From a virus (lineage: Duplodnaviria > Caudoviricetes), in IMG/VR virus record IMGVR_UViG_3300028797_000093: a stretch of DNA of 64,000 bases. One strand, written 5' to 3'. Made by a program: the position numbers and the translations under genes. Positions 49,521 through 59,387 of the stretch are shown one piece after another. Position 1 is the first letter of the stretch; each line of letters begins with the position of its first letter. The notes beneath the pieces were generated by a model that searched no databases, was not told where the DNA came from, and saw only the letters and a list, made by a program, of their open reading frames with translations.

Positions 49521-52085
49521 TTAATAAGATTTACCAACAATAGTATCAGACACAGGAATAACTTTTTGTCCGGATACTTTCATACCATACTGGATTCTCT
49601 GTTTATCTCTTTCTAGAGATCTCTTGATTGTAATTAGCTGTTTGTAAGCAACAAGATCTTCTTTTCTTTCTGCAAGTTCTAGATATTTGTCAACCATCTG
49701 TAATTCAATATCAATCTCATCCAGTACCATCATTCTCTCTTTATTCTTAAACTTTTTAGAGCAGATAATGAATGCTAGAATAGAGATAATAGCAAGTACA
49801 GGGAATTTCATTGCTCCTAGAACTTTAGCAGCACTAGTTAAAGTAGCAGCAGTCTTTGTACCTGCAGCAGCTCCAGCAGCTGCTTTTGCAACAGCACCAG
49901 CTGCAGCTTTAGTACCAACAGATCCAACAGCAGATAGACCTGTAGCACCTAATAGAATCTTTAGTGCTTGAGAAGCAGAAGGACATATAGTACCTTTAAT
50001 AACAGCTTCCCTCTGATTAGTTGTAAATAGTCTTCTGAGTCCTTCAACAAATCTATTTACAGCAGAGTCTATAGATCTTGAAGCTTCTTTCTCTTTATCT
50101 CCAAGATTGGCAACAGCATGAGCCATTCTCTCTTTTGCCATCTTTAGAGTATTACCAAAAGAGGTTTCTAGAATAGATCCATATGTATTATAGGAAGATT
50201 CAATAAGAACCAATACACTATTGATTGTATTATATGCTTTAATATAAGCATAAGCTTCTTCAACAGTCATTACAGGATTCTTCTGTTCTTCTTTAAGAAT
50301 ATTAATACAATCATTGTATGTACTCATAGTACTATATTTATCGGTAATAGTAGCAGAAGATACTCTACCCATTTTAATAGCAGTCAGTCTATTCTCCAGT
50401 AGATTGATTACATGCTCAGGATCTACCAATGGAGCATAGTCTCTATTAAACTTACAAATCTCAACAAGTATATCGTTAGGAATAATAGATATATTTCTAT
50501 CTAAATAAGAATCTATATCTATATACTCATCTACTTTTAATTCATTAAGAATAGCAGGGATATAAGCTAGTATTTGTAGATCTTGTTCTGTTAATTCTTC
50601 TTCATTACCTTCAGTCTTTTCAATACTAATGATATCATCAGAAGACTTACCAGTTACATTAGAGATATAGGTCTCTAGATCTTCAATAAAGTTCTCTATA
50701 TACTTTACATATATAGACAGTCTCTCTTTTTGTTCATCATCCTGTTCTTCAGAGATCTTATCGTGTACAATATCTTTTTCTTTATTAAGAGCTACATTAA
50801 GATCTTCTGCTATATTAACAGGATAATCCATTTCTATAAATCTAGATGATAGGAAGTATAGCCATTCCTTGATTTTATCTAGAGAAGTAAGAGAGTATTC
50901 TACAAGATAAATTCTCATATACTCTATTACTGTCATAATATTAGGAACTAGATCAGACTCTTTATTCTTGAAAAGAATATCAAGCATCTTTAGATAACCA
51001 TCATCTTTATCTTCACTCTTTTTAAATTCATTAAAAGAGTCAATAAAGACTAATGGCTTCTTAGTATTATCAGTAATCATTACAGATTCTTTGGTAATAA
51101 AATTAAAGATAGAATCTTCTACAGTCTTACCAATAATACTATTATTAAACTTATCCTTAACTTCAGGATCTTCCATAATATATGAGAGTCCTAATTTATA
51201 GGGATCAGTTATCACAGTAGCATCTAGTACTAGCTTACAAGTATTAGCACCATCATGCTTCAGCATAAAGTAATTACAAGCTGATTCAAACATAGTAGAC
51301 AAATCAATATTATAACCAAATTTACTAAGTCCATACCATACTGTTTCCAGTGTAGTATTCAATTTAATAGTATCTGAAGTATTATATGTATCAATAAGAT
51401 TACATATAGACAGTACTGTTTCTTGAATATTATCTCCATTATAATTCTCAATCAGTACTTTATCTAAATTAAATCTCTTAGATATCATATCATAATTCTT
51501 CAGAATTCTATCTATATGAACCATCTTAGTAGTTTGCTCAAGAATGCTTAAATAAGCAGATTCCATATTAACGAAATCTGCACCAACATCATTAATCTCA
51601 CCAGTATCTGCAGCAACAGCTGTAGAAGAATTATTTGCTTGAGTATTATTATCTATATCACTGATTTTATTGATAATATTTTGAATAGAGTCATCTACAC
51701 CAGAAGTACCAAAAGACTTGCCAACCTCTATTTTGATCTTTCTATTAAACCATCCTAGTTTAGAAGATATAGATCTTTGTAGAGAATCAGCATCTCTAAA
51801 CTTTAGTACTATAGCCTCATTAATAATATCTACACATCTATCAATCTGGTATTTAGATGCTTTAGATTCAGACAATCTATCTATTAGAGCAATAGCTTTG
51901 TATGCTCTTTCTTCTATAGTTCTTCCAGGTAATCTATACCATTGCTCTAAACAGGTAATAATAGAAGAGAATTTACCTGTTTTAACTGCCATATTATACA
52001 CAGAATCTATAGTATTATTGGTCATACTAACAGATTCCGATAGTGCTTTGAGACGCTTATTTATGTCAACGAGTTTAATAATCAC
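49521..52085 (-). CDS. Large probable virion head protein
   Basis: 854 aa with several (I/L)xE sites (ALSE, IILE-like SILE, VLIE); Ala-rich and hydrophobic C-terminal segment followed by coiled coil. Confidence 0.55.
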   Translation of the reverse strand: MIIKLVDINKRLKALSESVSMTNNTIDSVYNMAVKTGKFSSIITCLEQWYRLPGRTIEERAYKAIALIDRLSESKASKYQIDRCVDIINEAIVLKFRDADSLQRSISSKLGWFNRKIKIEVGKSFGTSGVDDSIQNIINKISDIDNNTQANNSSTAVAADTGEINDVGADFVNMESAYLSILEQTTKMVHIDRILKNYDMISKRFNLDKVLIENYNGDNIQETVLSICNLIDTYNTSDTIKLNTTLETVWYGLSKFGYNIDLSTMFESACNYFMLKHDGANTCKLVLDATVITDPYKLGLSYIMEDPEVKDKFNNSIIGKTVEDSIFNFITKESVMITDNTKKPLVFIDSFNEFKKSEDKDDGYLKMLDILFKNKESDLVPNIMTVIEYMRIYLVEYSLTSLDKIKEWLYFLSSRFIEMDYPVNIAEDLNVALNKEKDIVHDKISEEQDDEQKERLSIYVKYIENFIEDLETYISNVTGKSSDDIISIEKTEGNEEELTEQDLQILAYIPAILNELKVDEYIDIDSYLDRNISIIPNDILVEICKFNRDYAPLVDPEHVINLLENRLTAIKMGRVSSATITDKYSTMSTYNDCINILKEEQKNPVMTVEEAYAYIKAYNTINSVLVLIESSYNTYGSILETSFGNTLKMAKERMAHAVANLGDKEKEASRSIDSAVNRFVEGLRRLFTTNQREAVIKGTICPSASQALKILLGATGLSAVGSVGTKAAAGAVAKAAAGAAAGTKTAATLTSAAKVLGAMKFPVLAIISILAFIICSKKFKNKERMMVLDEIDIELQMVDKYLELAERKEDLVAYKQLITIKRSLERDKQRIQYGMKVSGQKVIPVSDTIVGKSY

Positions 52086-52223
52086 TATTAAAACCCCCTA
52101 ATTAACGAGAAAGTTTATTTATTAATTAGTTATAATTTATGATTATTCAAATAGATTCATATACGTACAATTAGAACACATGTAAGTCTAATAAGACTTA
52201 CATGTAATTTTATAATGAAATCA

Positions 52224-52272
52224 TTACTATTTTTGCGTTTTTTTTTTGTATAGATGACGATTTAGTAATAGA
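52224..52272 (+). repeat. ~50-bp upstream element, inverted copy of 46529-46577
   Basis: ttactatttttgcg-T-run-gtatagatgacgatttagtaataga. Confidence 0.85.
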
Positions 52273-52298
52273 CTTTAATTAAGTGAGGTTAAATATAA

Positions 52299-52838
52299 AT
52301 GAATCAAAATACAATGAAACTTATTGAAAATGTTTTAGATACTACAATACAAGAGTCTAGATTAGGTAAATATTATAAACATTATGAAGATAGAACTAAA
52401 GAAATTGAAGGCAAATATAAGGACCTTGAAGATAAAGAAAAAAGAAAAATAAAATATTTTAATGGAAATCCAGAAAAGCTAGAGGATCTCCAAAGAAAGA
52501 AAGAATTAGAGTTAGAAGATCTAAAAACGAAATTCTCAGGAAGACCTGGATATCGTTTAGGTATGGAAAATTATAAATATGCAGCAAATGGAGAACTTGA
52601 TCCAAAGTTTGTTAGAACTACTGCTAAAAGAATAAAAAATACAAATAGTGATACATCTGATCTAAATGATAAGCAAGTTAAAGAACTCCTTCTGATTAAT
52701 CAAAACAATAGACCTCAAGGCAAAGCAGCAGGTCTTCATGATAGAATCAATAAGAGAACAGCTGCTTTTGATACTACAGCTAAACATGAAGCTGCTCTTA
52801 TCTTAATTGAAGCTCTTAATACTCTCCTTAATGAATGA
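52299..52838 (+). CDS. Basic hypothetical protein, putative internal head protein
   Basis: MKLIENVLDTTIQE at the start and HEAALILIEALNTLLNE at the end resemble motifs in 56422..57222; terminator 52852-52877. Confidence 0.65.
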   Translation: MNQNTMKLIENVLDTTIQESRLGKYYKHYEDRTKEIEGKYKDLEDKEKRKIKYFNGNPEKLEDLQRKKELELEDLKTKFSGRPGYRLGMENYKYAANGELDPKFVRTTAKRIKNTNSDTSDLNDKQVKELLLINQNNRPQGKAAGLHDRINKRTAAFDTTAKHEAALILIEALNTLLNE

Positions 52839-52886
52839 GATATAGATATAAGAGGATAACCTACTATGGTTATCCTCTATATCAAT

Positions 52887-53357
52887 TTATTGATGAGTGG
52901 TCACTATAGTTTTTCTGTAATTAAAATTCATATTACTATCATTATCTATAGTTCCAGTAAAAATAGAAGAGATAGATCCTGGCATGTCATATGCTAATAT
53001 TACATATGGATCTCCATACTTCTTTCCTTCATATTTATTTCCCAATATACTACTAGGAGCGATTTCTATATGTAGTCTTTTAAATACACTTTCAATAATT
53101 TTATTTTTCTTTTCTTGATTTCTCATCTGAGATGCAGTCATAAAATATTCTGCTGCACTAGGTATGGATTTATCAAGAATAGGAAGTATATTTGATTCTA
53201 TATAATCTATTGCTTTATCTATATCAATATTCTTTATTCTCTTTGAGATAACTAATTTTGTATTACTATATTTTCCATCAAAAGGTTTATCAGTATATTG
53301 ACTAAAGAGACCTTCATTAAGTACAATAGGATTCTTAGCAGCTTCTACTATATACAT
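52887..53357 (-). CDS. Putative internal head protein (NPI leader family)
   Basis: Starts MYIVEAAKNPIVLNE. Confidence 0.6.
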   Translation of the reverse strand: MYIVEAAKNPIVLNEGLFSQYTDKPFDGKYSNTKLVISKRIKNIDIDKAIDYIESNILPILDKSIPSAAEYFMTASQMRNQEKKNKIIESVFKRLHIEIAPSSILGNKYEGKKYGDPYVILAYDMPGSISSIFTGTIDNDSNMNFNYRKTIVTTHQ

Positions 53358-53392
53358 ATATTATAATCTCCTTGTAATAGTCTTTATTAATC

Positions 53393-53734
53393 TTATCCTT
53401 TAGTGAATGGATTGGTATCGTCGTCAATAGTATTACTATTATTCCAACCAGCTAGTTGGGAAATGATTTGATGTACACCTGTAGAAGCTAAACCAGATAG
53501 AAGTCCTACTGTAAGAGTAGATAGATATCTAGCATCACCTGTTAGATAGAATGGATCAATAAAGTAAATAATACTGGCAATCAATCCACCCAATAGAGAA
53601 CAGATTACAGGCAGTAGTTTTCTACCCATACTATTCTTAGTCTTACAGATAAAAGCTTTATATAGTTCAGCTAGCAGATAGCACATGATTACAATGAATA
53701 CAGAACTGCTTTCAAATGGAAGTGCGTAACTCAT
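53393..53734 (-). CDS. Phage holin
   Basis: Three hydrophobic segments; LLPVICSLLGG and GLLSGLASTGVHQI typical of Firmicute phage holins. Confidence 0.75.
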   Translation of the reverse strand: MSYALPFESSSVFIVIMCYLLAELYKAFICKTKNSMGRKLLPVICSLLGGLIASIIYFIDPFYLTGDARYLSTLTVGLLSGLASTGVHQIISQLAGWNNSNTIDDDTNPFTKG

Positions 53735-53846
53735 ATCTTAAACCTCCTAACTTTAATAGATTTAATACTTATTATATAGTTAATCTTATTACTACCATTA
53801 ATATTGACATTATAATAAAACTATTTTAAGGAGAGAATATAAATAT

Positions 53847-54458
53847 ATGATAGTACATTCTTCAAAAAATCCTATTATTTTAAAAGAATCTAGAAGATGG
53901 CAATATAAATATGCAGAAAAATTTGGTATAGATCCAAGTGATGTAAAAAGTAGTGCTAAGCTAAATGGTAGAGATTATGATAAGTTAGAAAATAAAGGAT
54001 TACAACACCTAAAAGATCAAGAAAAAGGAAATAAAATATATGCAGGTAAAGGAAAACCTGTATCTGGTGGTAAAGAATACTATAAACCAACAAATTTAGT
54101 TGCAGGTCAAAGAATGACTACAGAAAGAATTACAGTTCCAGAATATATTCCTGGTAAAGAATATGATAAAACTAAACCAAAAGATAAATCTTTTGGATTA
54201 ATTAATTTAAATAGAAGAGTTGATAGCCATGCCTACAGGGATTCAAAAGAAAATAGAAAGAAACTAATTTCAGAATTAATTAATATTAATAGTTTACCAG
54301 AAAATAATCCAGAGAAAATTGCTCTGAAAAAATATTATAGTACAGATGATATAAAGAGACTTATTAATCAACAAAAGAAATTTGATAAGAATAGCAATAA
54401 TAGATTACCAAAAGAGTTTAAACAAGATCCTGGAGAAGAAGGTATTTTACAGAAATAA
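53847..54458 (+). CDS. Putative internal head protein (NPI leader family), Lys-rich
   Basis: Starts MIVHSSKNPIILKE. Confidence 0.6.
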   Translation: MIVHSSKNPIILKESRRWQYKYAEKFGIDPSDVKSSAKLNGRDYDKLENKGLQHLKDQEKGNKIYAGKGKPVSGGKEYYKPTNLVAGQRMTTERITVPEYIPGKEYDKTKPKDKSFGLINLNRRVDSHAYRDSKENRKKLISELININSLPENNPEKIALKKYYSTDDIKRLINQQKKFDKNSNNRLPKEFKQDPGEEGILQK

Positions 54459-54503
54459 TATAGAAAATAGGAGTGAGGTAGATTTACCTCACTCCCATTA
54501 ATT

Positions 54504-55037
54504 TTACTTCTTGAGCATCTGACGGAGCAGTGCAACAGCAGCAGATTCCTTGACTTCGCACTCGCCGTTAGCAGCAGCCACATCTACATCAGTGGGCTTC
54601 TTCTCGCCGACGACTACACAAGTCTCTTCTTTCTCTTCGCTCTCACAAGCCTCTTCAGGAAGACCACCGTCGGTCTCTTCGATACCGGCCTCTTCCATGA
54701 TCTTCTTCAGGGACTTGTTGAGGATGTTGGTAGCCTCTAGCTTAGCTTCGACGCTAGCAGTGCTTTCCATAACAGCACCCATGGCCTTTACAAGAATCTG
54801 AGCAGACTCCTTGCAGGTCTCGGCGTCGACTTCGATCTCCTCAGTCTCCTCCTCATCAGCAGGAGCAGGCTCTTCAACCTTCTCTTCTGCTTCTTCACAC
54901 TCACCAGTGAGCTTGCAGAGCAGTTCTTTTACCAGATCAATGGCAGCCTGCTTGGTCTCAGGTGCAACCTCGACCTCAGTTTCTACCTTCTTTTCGATTT
55001 CAGCTTCTTCATTGAGCTTCTTATAACTAAATACCAT
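54504..55037 (-). CDS. Glu-rich protein, possible scaffold/internal head protein
   Basis: Very acidic, GC-rich codons, repeated short helices (KQAAIDLVKELL, KESAQILVKAM, KESAAVALLRQML). Confidence 0.65.
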   Translation of the reverse strand: MVFSYKKLNEEAEIEKKVETEVEVAPETKQAAIDLVKELLCKLTGECEEAEEKVEEPAPADEEETEEIEVDAETCKESAQILVKAMGAVMESTASVEAKLEATNILNKSLKKIMEEAGIEETDGGLPEEACESEEKEETCVVVGEKKPTDVDVAAANGECEVKESAAVALLRQMLKK

Positions 55038-55067
55038 TTTTAGTAGGCCTCCTAAAATCCTTTTATT

Positions 55068-55229
55068 TTATTTATTGTTTGATTTGGACTTTTTATCGCA
55101 AGCTTTATCAGCAATGCTTTTGGAACTTTTCTTGACAACACTCTGAATGGCAGCTTCTACTAGAGCAGTTGCCTTATCAGAATGTTCTTTCTTAACGGCA
55201 TTTTCATGCACATAAGCAAAAACTGGCAT
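55068..55229 (-). CDS. Small basic protein (53 aa)
   Basis: Below the ORF track cutoff. AAGGAG RBS; MPVFAYVHENAVKKEHSDKATALVEAAIQSVVKKSSKSIADKACDKKSKSNNK. Confidence 0.65.
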   Translation of the reverse strand: MPVFAYVHENAVKKEHSDKATALVEAAIQSVVKKSSKSIADKACDKKSKSNNK

Positions 55230-55371
55230 TCTTAGTATTCTCCTTTATGAAATGATGCTCAATATTATATGACAAAAATCAGTTAATATTGATTTAAGTC
55301 TTTACTAAAAAGTTAAGTCTTATAATCATCAAATCATAAAAAATAATATTATTTGAAGTGATTATGACTAA

Positions 55372-55959
55372 TTAAGACCGTTTCTTACGTAGAGATTTGA
55401 TATCATTATCAACTTCTACCATAAGATCATTATATTTCTTAGTTAGATTCTCATTATCAAACTTAGAGATATCTAGCTTCTTAAGATTACTTTTAATTTT
55501 ATTTAGAGCATCAAAAGCTTCATTAATAGAACTTGATTTAGAATATATAGAAACAGACTTTACGACATTATATACAAAAGATAATACTTCAGTTAGAAGA
55601 ACAATAAATTCTATTGGAATAACTACTGCTCCGAAGATGATAGCTGCAGGAGCAAAGATAATTGCAATAGAGCTTAGAATAAAAATAGCTAAACTGATAA
55701 GTAGCTTTCTTCCCTCTTTAGATGTACTATATTTAGAAAGATCTACATCTAGAGCTTTATAGATCTCTTTAAATGATTTCTCATTTTTGTCGATGAATTC
55801 TTTAACTTCATCTTCATCATCTTTATTCTTAATTTTTACACTACCGTCAATGATCTTTCTAACAGTGGCTTTAATCTCATCTTTCTTTACATTGAGTTTC
55901 TCAAATAGAGCAAACTCATTTAGAATAATAGGATTCTGAGTAGCTTCAACAATTACCAT
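55372..55959 (-). CDS. Putative internal head/ejection protein with hydrophobic hairpin (NPI leader family)
   Basis: Starts MVIVEATQNPIILNE; paralog of 57352..57906. Confidence 0.6.
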   Translation of the reverse strand: MVIVEATQNPIILNEFALFEKLNVKKDEIKATVRKIIDGSVKIKNKDDEDEVKEFIDKNEKSFKEIYKALDVDLSKYSTSKEGRKLLISLAIFILSSIAIIFAPAAIIFGAVVIPIEFIVLLTEVLSFVYNVVKSVSIYSKSSSINEAFDALNKIKSNLKKLDISKFDNENLTKKYNDLMVEVDNDIKSLRKKRS

Positions 55960-55972
55960 ATTTATTTACCTC

Positions 55973-56326
55973 TTATTTCTTAACAACAGGTACAAGAGCA
56001 GTCTCTTTAGTCTTTTTTTCCTTAGGAGGTTTTACCTCTTTAAATTTAACAGTCTTAGCATCCTTAAACTTATCTTTAAGTTCTTTATTTTCTTTTGGTT
56101 TACCTTGTACACTCTTATCAACATTGATAAAGCTGCCATTATCAATATCTTCAATCATCTGCTTGGCATCTTTACCTTTGAGTACTCTCTTATTCTTCAC
56201 ATCAATAATAGTAGGGTTATATTTCTTAAGAGGATTACCAGAAAAGTCTGGAGTATTCTTAAGAATCTTACCCATTAAAGATTCATTAATAACAATAGGA
56301 TTATCTTTAGCTTTTACATATCCCAT
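55973..56326 (-). CDS. Putative internal head protein (NPI leader family), Lys-rich
   Basis: Starts MGYVKAKDNPIVINE. Confidence 0.6.
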   Translation of the reverse strand: MGYVKAKDNPIVINESLMGKILKNTPDFSGNPLKKYNPTIIDVKNKRVLKGKDAKQMIEDIDNGSFINVDKSVQGKPKENKELKDKFKDAKTVKFKEVKPPKEKKTKETALVPVVKK

Positions 56327-56421
56327 ATATCTATAACTCTCCTTAATCTGTGGATTTATTAATATGTGAATAAGAAAGGGATAAGATCATAAAAGATCTT
56401 ACCCCTAATAATATTACTTCT

Positions 56422-57222
56422 CTAGAAACTATCGCACTTCTCGATAGCCTTTTCGAGAGTAGCATCAATCTTATCCAGCTCTTCATCAGTAAACTTAGTC
56501 TTCTGGCTGCTGGTATAAGTGATAATACCAGTAGAAAGAGGCCAAGGAGCTAGCAGGAACAGTAGCCATTCGGGAACTTCCCAATAATGCTTTCCATCAG
56601 GCAGTTTCTTCTTGCCCCTAGCAGCTTTGATGAGAGCACGAGCTTTTACATACTGGTCTTTCAGTTTCTTAACTTTCTTCTCATCATCTTCTTCAATAGC
56701 CTTATCAAGATCATACTCGGCTTTTACTTCAGCCTTTTCAATAGACTTATCCTGATAACGGCCTTCCTTAAGAACCTGCTCAATGAGCTTTACAGCAGCT
56801 TCATGAGTAGCTTCCTTTTCTTTTACAAAGAACTCTTCGACTTTGGCATGAGCCTTCTCTAGAGACTCTCCCATCTTCTCAAGTTCATCCTTTGTAAACT
56901 TGGTTTTACGACTGCTCATATAAGCAGTAATAGCAGCACCAACGGGAGAAAGAACAATAGTGGACAGAACAGCGAGAATCCATTCAGGAGCTTCCCAGTA
57001 CTTTCCATTTGCAACATATTTCAGGGTTTTGGCTTCTTCGATATACTTCAGAGCTTTTTCATATTTAGCTCTTAGATCACGAAGCTTCTTGATGTCTTTG
57101 TTTTTGAGGGCAGTTTCCAGATCATCTTTAACAGACTTATCTGCAACTTCGATATCTTTATCATGGAAACGGCCTTCATTTAGTACCTTGTTAATTAGCT
57201 TAACAGCTTTCTCACTAGCCAT
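56422..57222 (-). CDS. Internally duplicated protein, putative head protein
   Basis: Two ~130 aa repeats AVKLI..VL.EGR..DK.IE.A...YWE.PEW.L...Y.SS.KTKFT..EL.K; late motif at 57276-57287. Confidence 0.7.
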   Translation of the reverse strand: MASEKAVKLINKVLNEGRFHDKDIEVADKSVKDDLETALKNKDIKKLRDLRAKYEKALKYIEEAKTLKYVANGKYWEAPEWILAVLSTIVLSPVGAAITAYMSSRKTKFTKDELEKMGESLEKAHAKVEEFFVKEKEATHEAAVKLIEQVLKEGRYQDKSIEKAEVKAEYDLDKAIEEDDEKKVKKLKDQYVKARALIKAARGKKKLPDGKHYWEVPEWLLFLLAPWPLSTGIITYTSSQKTKFTDEELDKIDATLEKAIEKCDSF

Positions 57223-57351
57223 AATATATAATACTCTCCTTCTTAATTAGAATACGAATAATCAATGTTTATATTTATTAATTTGTTATAATATATAAAA
57301 ATAAGTTAATGAGAAAAAGGAGTAGTATGAATTCATACTACTCTATTAATT

Positions 57352-57906
57352 TTAATTATCTCTAGCTCCAACCTGATCTAGAGTATTTTCCATTTCATCC
57401 ATCAGCTTTACAAATCTCTCTTGAAGATTCTTATTTTTGATTTTCTTGATATCTACTTTTTTCATTTCTTTATAAATCTTCTTAACAGCATTTATAGCTG
57501 TTGACATTTTACTACTATTATCTACATTTTTAATGAGAACTAGGATAGATTCAAGAAGAGCAATACAAGAAACAATCAATCCAGCAATAGGATTAATTGC
57601 AACAAGTACACCAGATACTATTACTAGTCCAATAGTAATTATAAAATCATTAATACTAGTCTTCTCTTTATAAAGCTTTTCTACATCTACACGTAGAGCT
57701 TTATTTAACTTATTAAGATCATTCTCATGATCATTCATCCAAGAATCTAGCTCTTTTTGGTTTTCAGGATCCTTGATCTTAAGATCACCAGATAAAATAC
57801 CTGTAATTTTATCTTTTACAGCATCAATTTTAGTTTTTACTAACAGAACTGATGCTGCTTCATTTAGTATAATTGGGTTATTATGTGCAGATTCAATAAT
57901 AATCAT
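57352..57906 (-). CDS. Putative internal head/ejection protein with hydrophobic hairpin (NPI leader family)
   Basis: Starts MIIIESAHNNPIILNE; paralog of 55372..55959. Confidence 0.6.
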   Translation of the reverse strand: MIIIESAHNNPIILNEAASVLLVKTKIDAVKDKITGILSGDLKIKDPENQKELDSWMNDHENDLNKLNKALRVDVEKLYKEKTSINDFIITIGLVIVSGVLVAINPIAGLIVSCIALLESILVLIKNVDNSSKMSTAINAVKKIYKEMKKVDIKKIKNKNLQERFVKLMDEMENTLDQVGARDN

Positions 57907-58078
57907 TATTCTATAACTCTCCTTATTCTATAAAGTATTAATAATATGTCATATATAAAAAATAGAGTAGGAAATAAACCTACTCTATTTCTATATATTA
58001 TTACTCGTTAAGGAGAGTATAATGAATAAAAAGAAATAAAAGTTGAGGTACTCTACATAGAGTACCTCATGTATATAT

Positions 58079-58738
58079 TTATTTAAAATATTGTTTATAT
58101 TTAGGAGACTGAGTAATATTTGAGATACTAATATATCCAGAATATTTACTAATATCAATATCTACTTTACCATATCCTAATTTAGATAATTCATTTTCAA
58201 TATCAAGCATTGCTTGACCTGACTGTTTCTGGAATTCAACATCTTTTACTAGATCATTATAAATATCATTATAAGTTTTTGTATTATTTTTTGAATACAT
58301 AATTTCATCAATAGCGTAATCTAATTCAATATTTCCAATTTCAAAAGCATTATTATAACTATTTACATATGAATCTTTTTTAGATTCATCATTTAGGTAT
58401 ACATAAATAAATTCATTAAAATTAATCATATCATTTAATTCAACGATATAATTTAGATCAGTAATACTAAACATATCCTTTACTTTAGGATATTTGGTTA
58501 GAATTTTATTTAATGCTTTTTCTATATCATTTAGCATTTTACTAATAAAAGCTTTATATTTATTCTGTTCTTCAGAAGAAAGTTTTGGAATTCTTTGCAT
58601 ATATTCTTCAAACTCCTGTTTTGAATTATCTACAGTAACAGGAGTGGTTTTATTGTCTTTATTTAAAGACTTTTTATTTCTTCTAAAACCAAATAGTTCA
58701 TTCAATATAATAGGACTCTTAGAACTATGTATAATCAT
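58079..58738 (-). CDS. Putative internal head protein (NPI leader family)
   Basis: Starts MIIHSSKSPIILNE. Confidence 0.6.
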   Translation of the reverse strand: MIIHSSKSPIILNELFGFRRNKKSLNKDNKTTPVTVDNSKQEFEEYMQRIPKLSSEEQNKYKAFISKMLNDIEKALNKILTKYPKVKDMFSITDLNYIVELNDMINFNEFIYVYLNDESKKDSYVNSYNNAFEIGNIELDYAIDEIMYSKNNTKTYNDIYNDLVKDVEFQKQSGQAMLDIENELSKLGYGKVDIDISKYSGYISISNITQSPKYKQYFK

Positions 58739-58820
58739 CTTATATATTCTCCTTATTAGTAATCTTATTATTATGTAAAATAGAATTACCCATATACCTA
58801 AAGAGGTATATGGGTTTATA

Positions 58821-59126
58821 TTATGCTTTATTGAAAGAGACTTTAATTCTGTTTTTGTTCATCATCATCTGGAGAAGATATTTACAATCATATGCTTGCA
58901 TGACAGTACCATTGAGATAATTATACAGTTTAGATGCATCTTCATGAGTTTCCATTAAGAGTTCAAACTGTATTTTATCCCCCTTATCATCCAACACTAG
59001 AACGTCAATATCATCTCTTCTACCTATTATATTATATAGTGCCATAACTTCATCAAAGTACTTCTTCAATATATTGATTAAGTTATTTGTATCAATGTTT
59101 TTTGCAAATTCTGGAGCTGAAATCAA
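58821..59126 (-). CDS. Hypothetical protein
   Basis: 101 aa, TTG start after GGAGG. Confidence 0.6.
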   Translation of the reverse strand: MISAPEFAKNIDTNNLINILKKYFDEVMALYNIIGRRDDIDVLVLDDKGDKIQFELLMETHEDASKLYNYLNGTVMQAYDCKYLLQMMMNKNRIKVSFNKA

Positions 59127-59130
59127 ATCA

Positions 59131-59340
59131 TCAACCTCCTTCTTCTATCATATCTACAATATCTTCTATATTAGAAGGGGATTGAATTGGTTGTTGCTGC
59201 TGTCTTCTATTATTATTTTTTGCTTCTTCTTGTTCCTTCTTTTTATTTTCTTCATCAGCTTGGATCTGAAGGAGATTTTGATTGTAAGCACTCCTAACAA
59301 ATTCCTGAAAGAGTTCTACAGGGGCATTGAATAAATCCAT
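59131..59340 (-). CDS. Hypothetical protein
   Basis: 69 aa ORF downstream of the hub-like gene; start uncertain. Confidence 0.5.
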   Translation of the reverse strand: MDLFNAPVELFQEFVRSAYNQNLLQIQADEENKKKEQEEAKNNNRRQQQQPIQSPSNIEDIVDMIEEGG

Positions 59341-59387
59341 AATATTTATTCTACCCCTGTAGAAGCTTACTATACTTTCACAAATGT

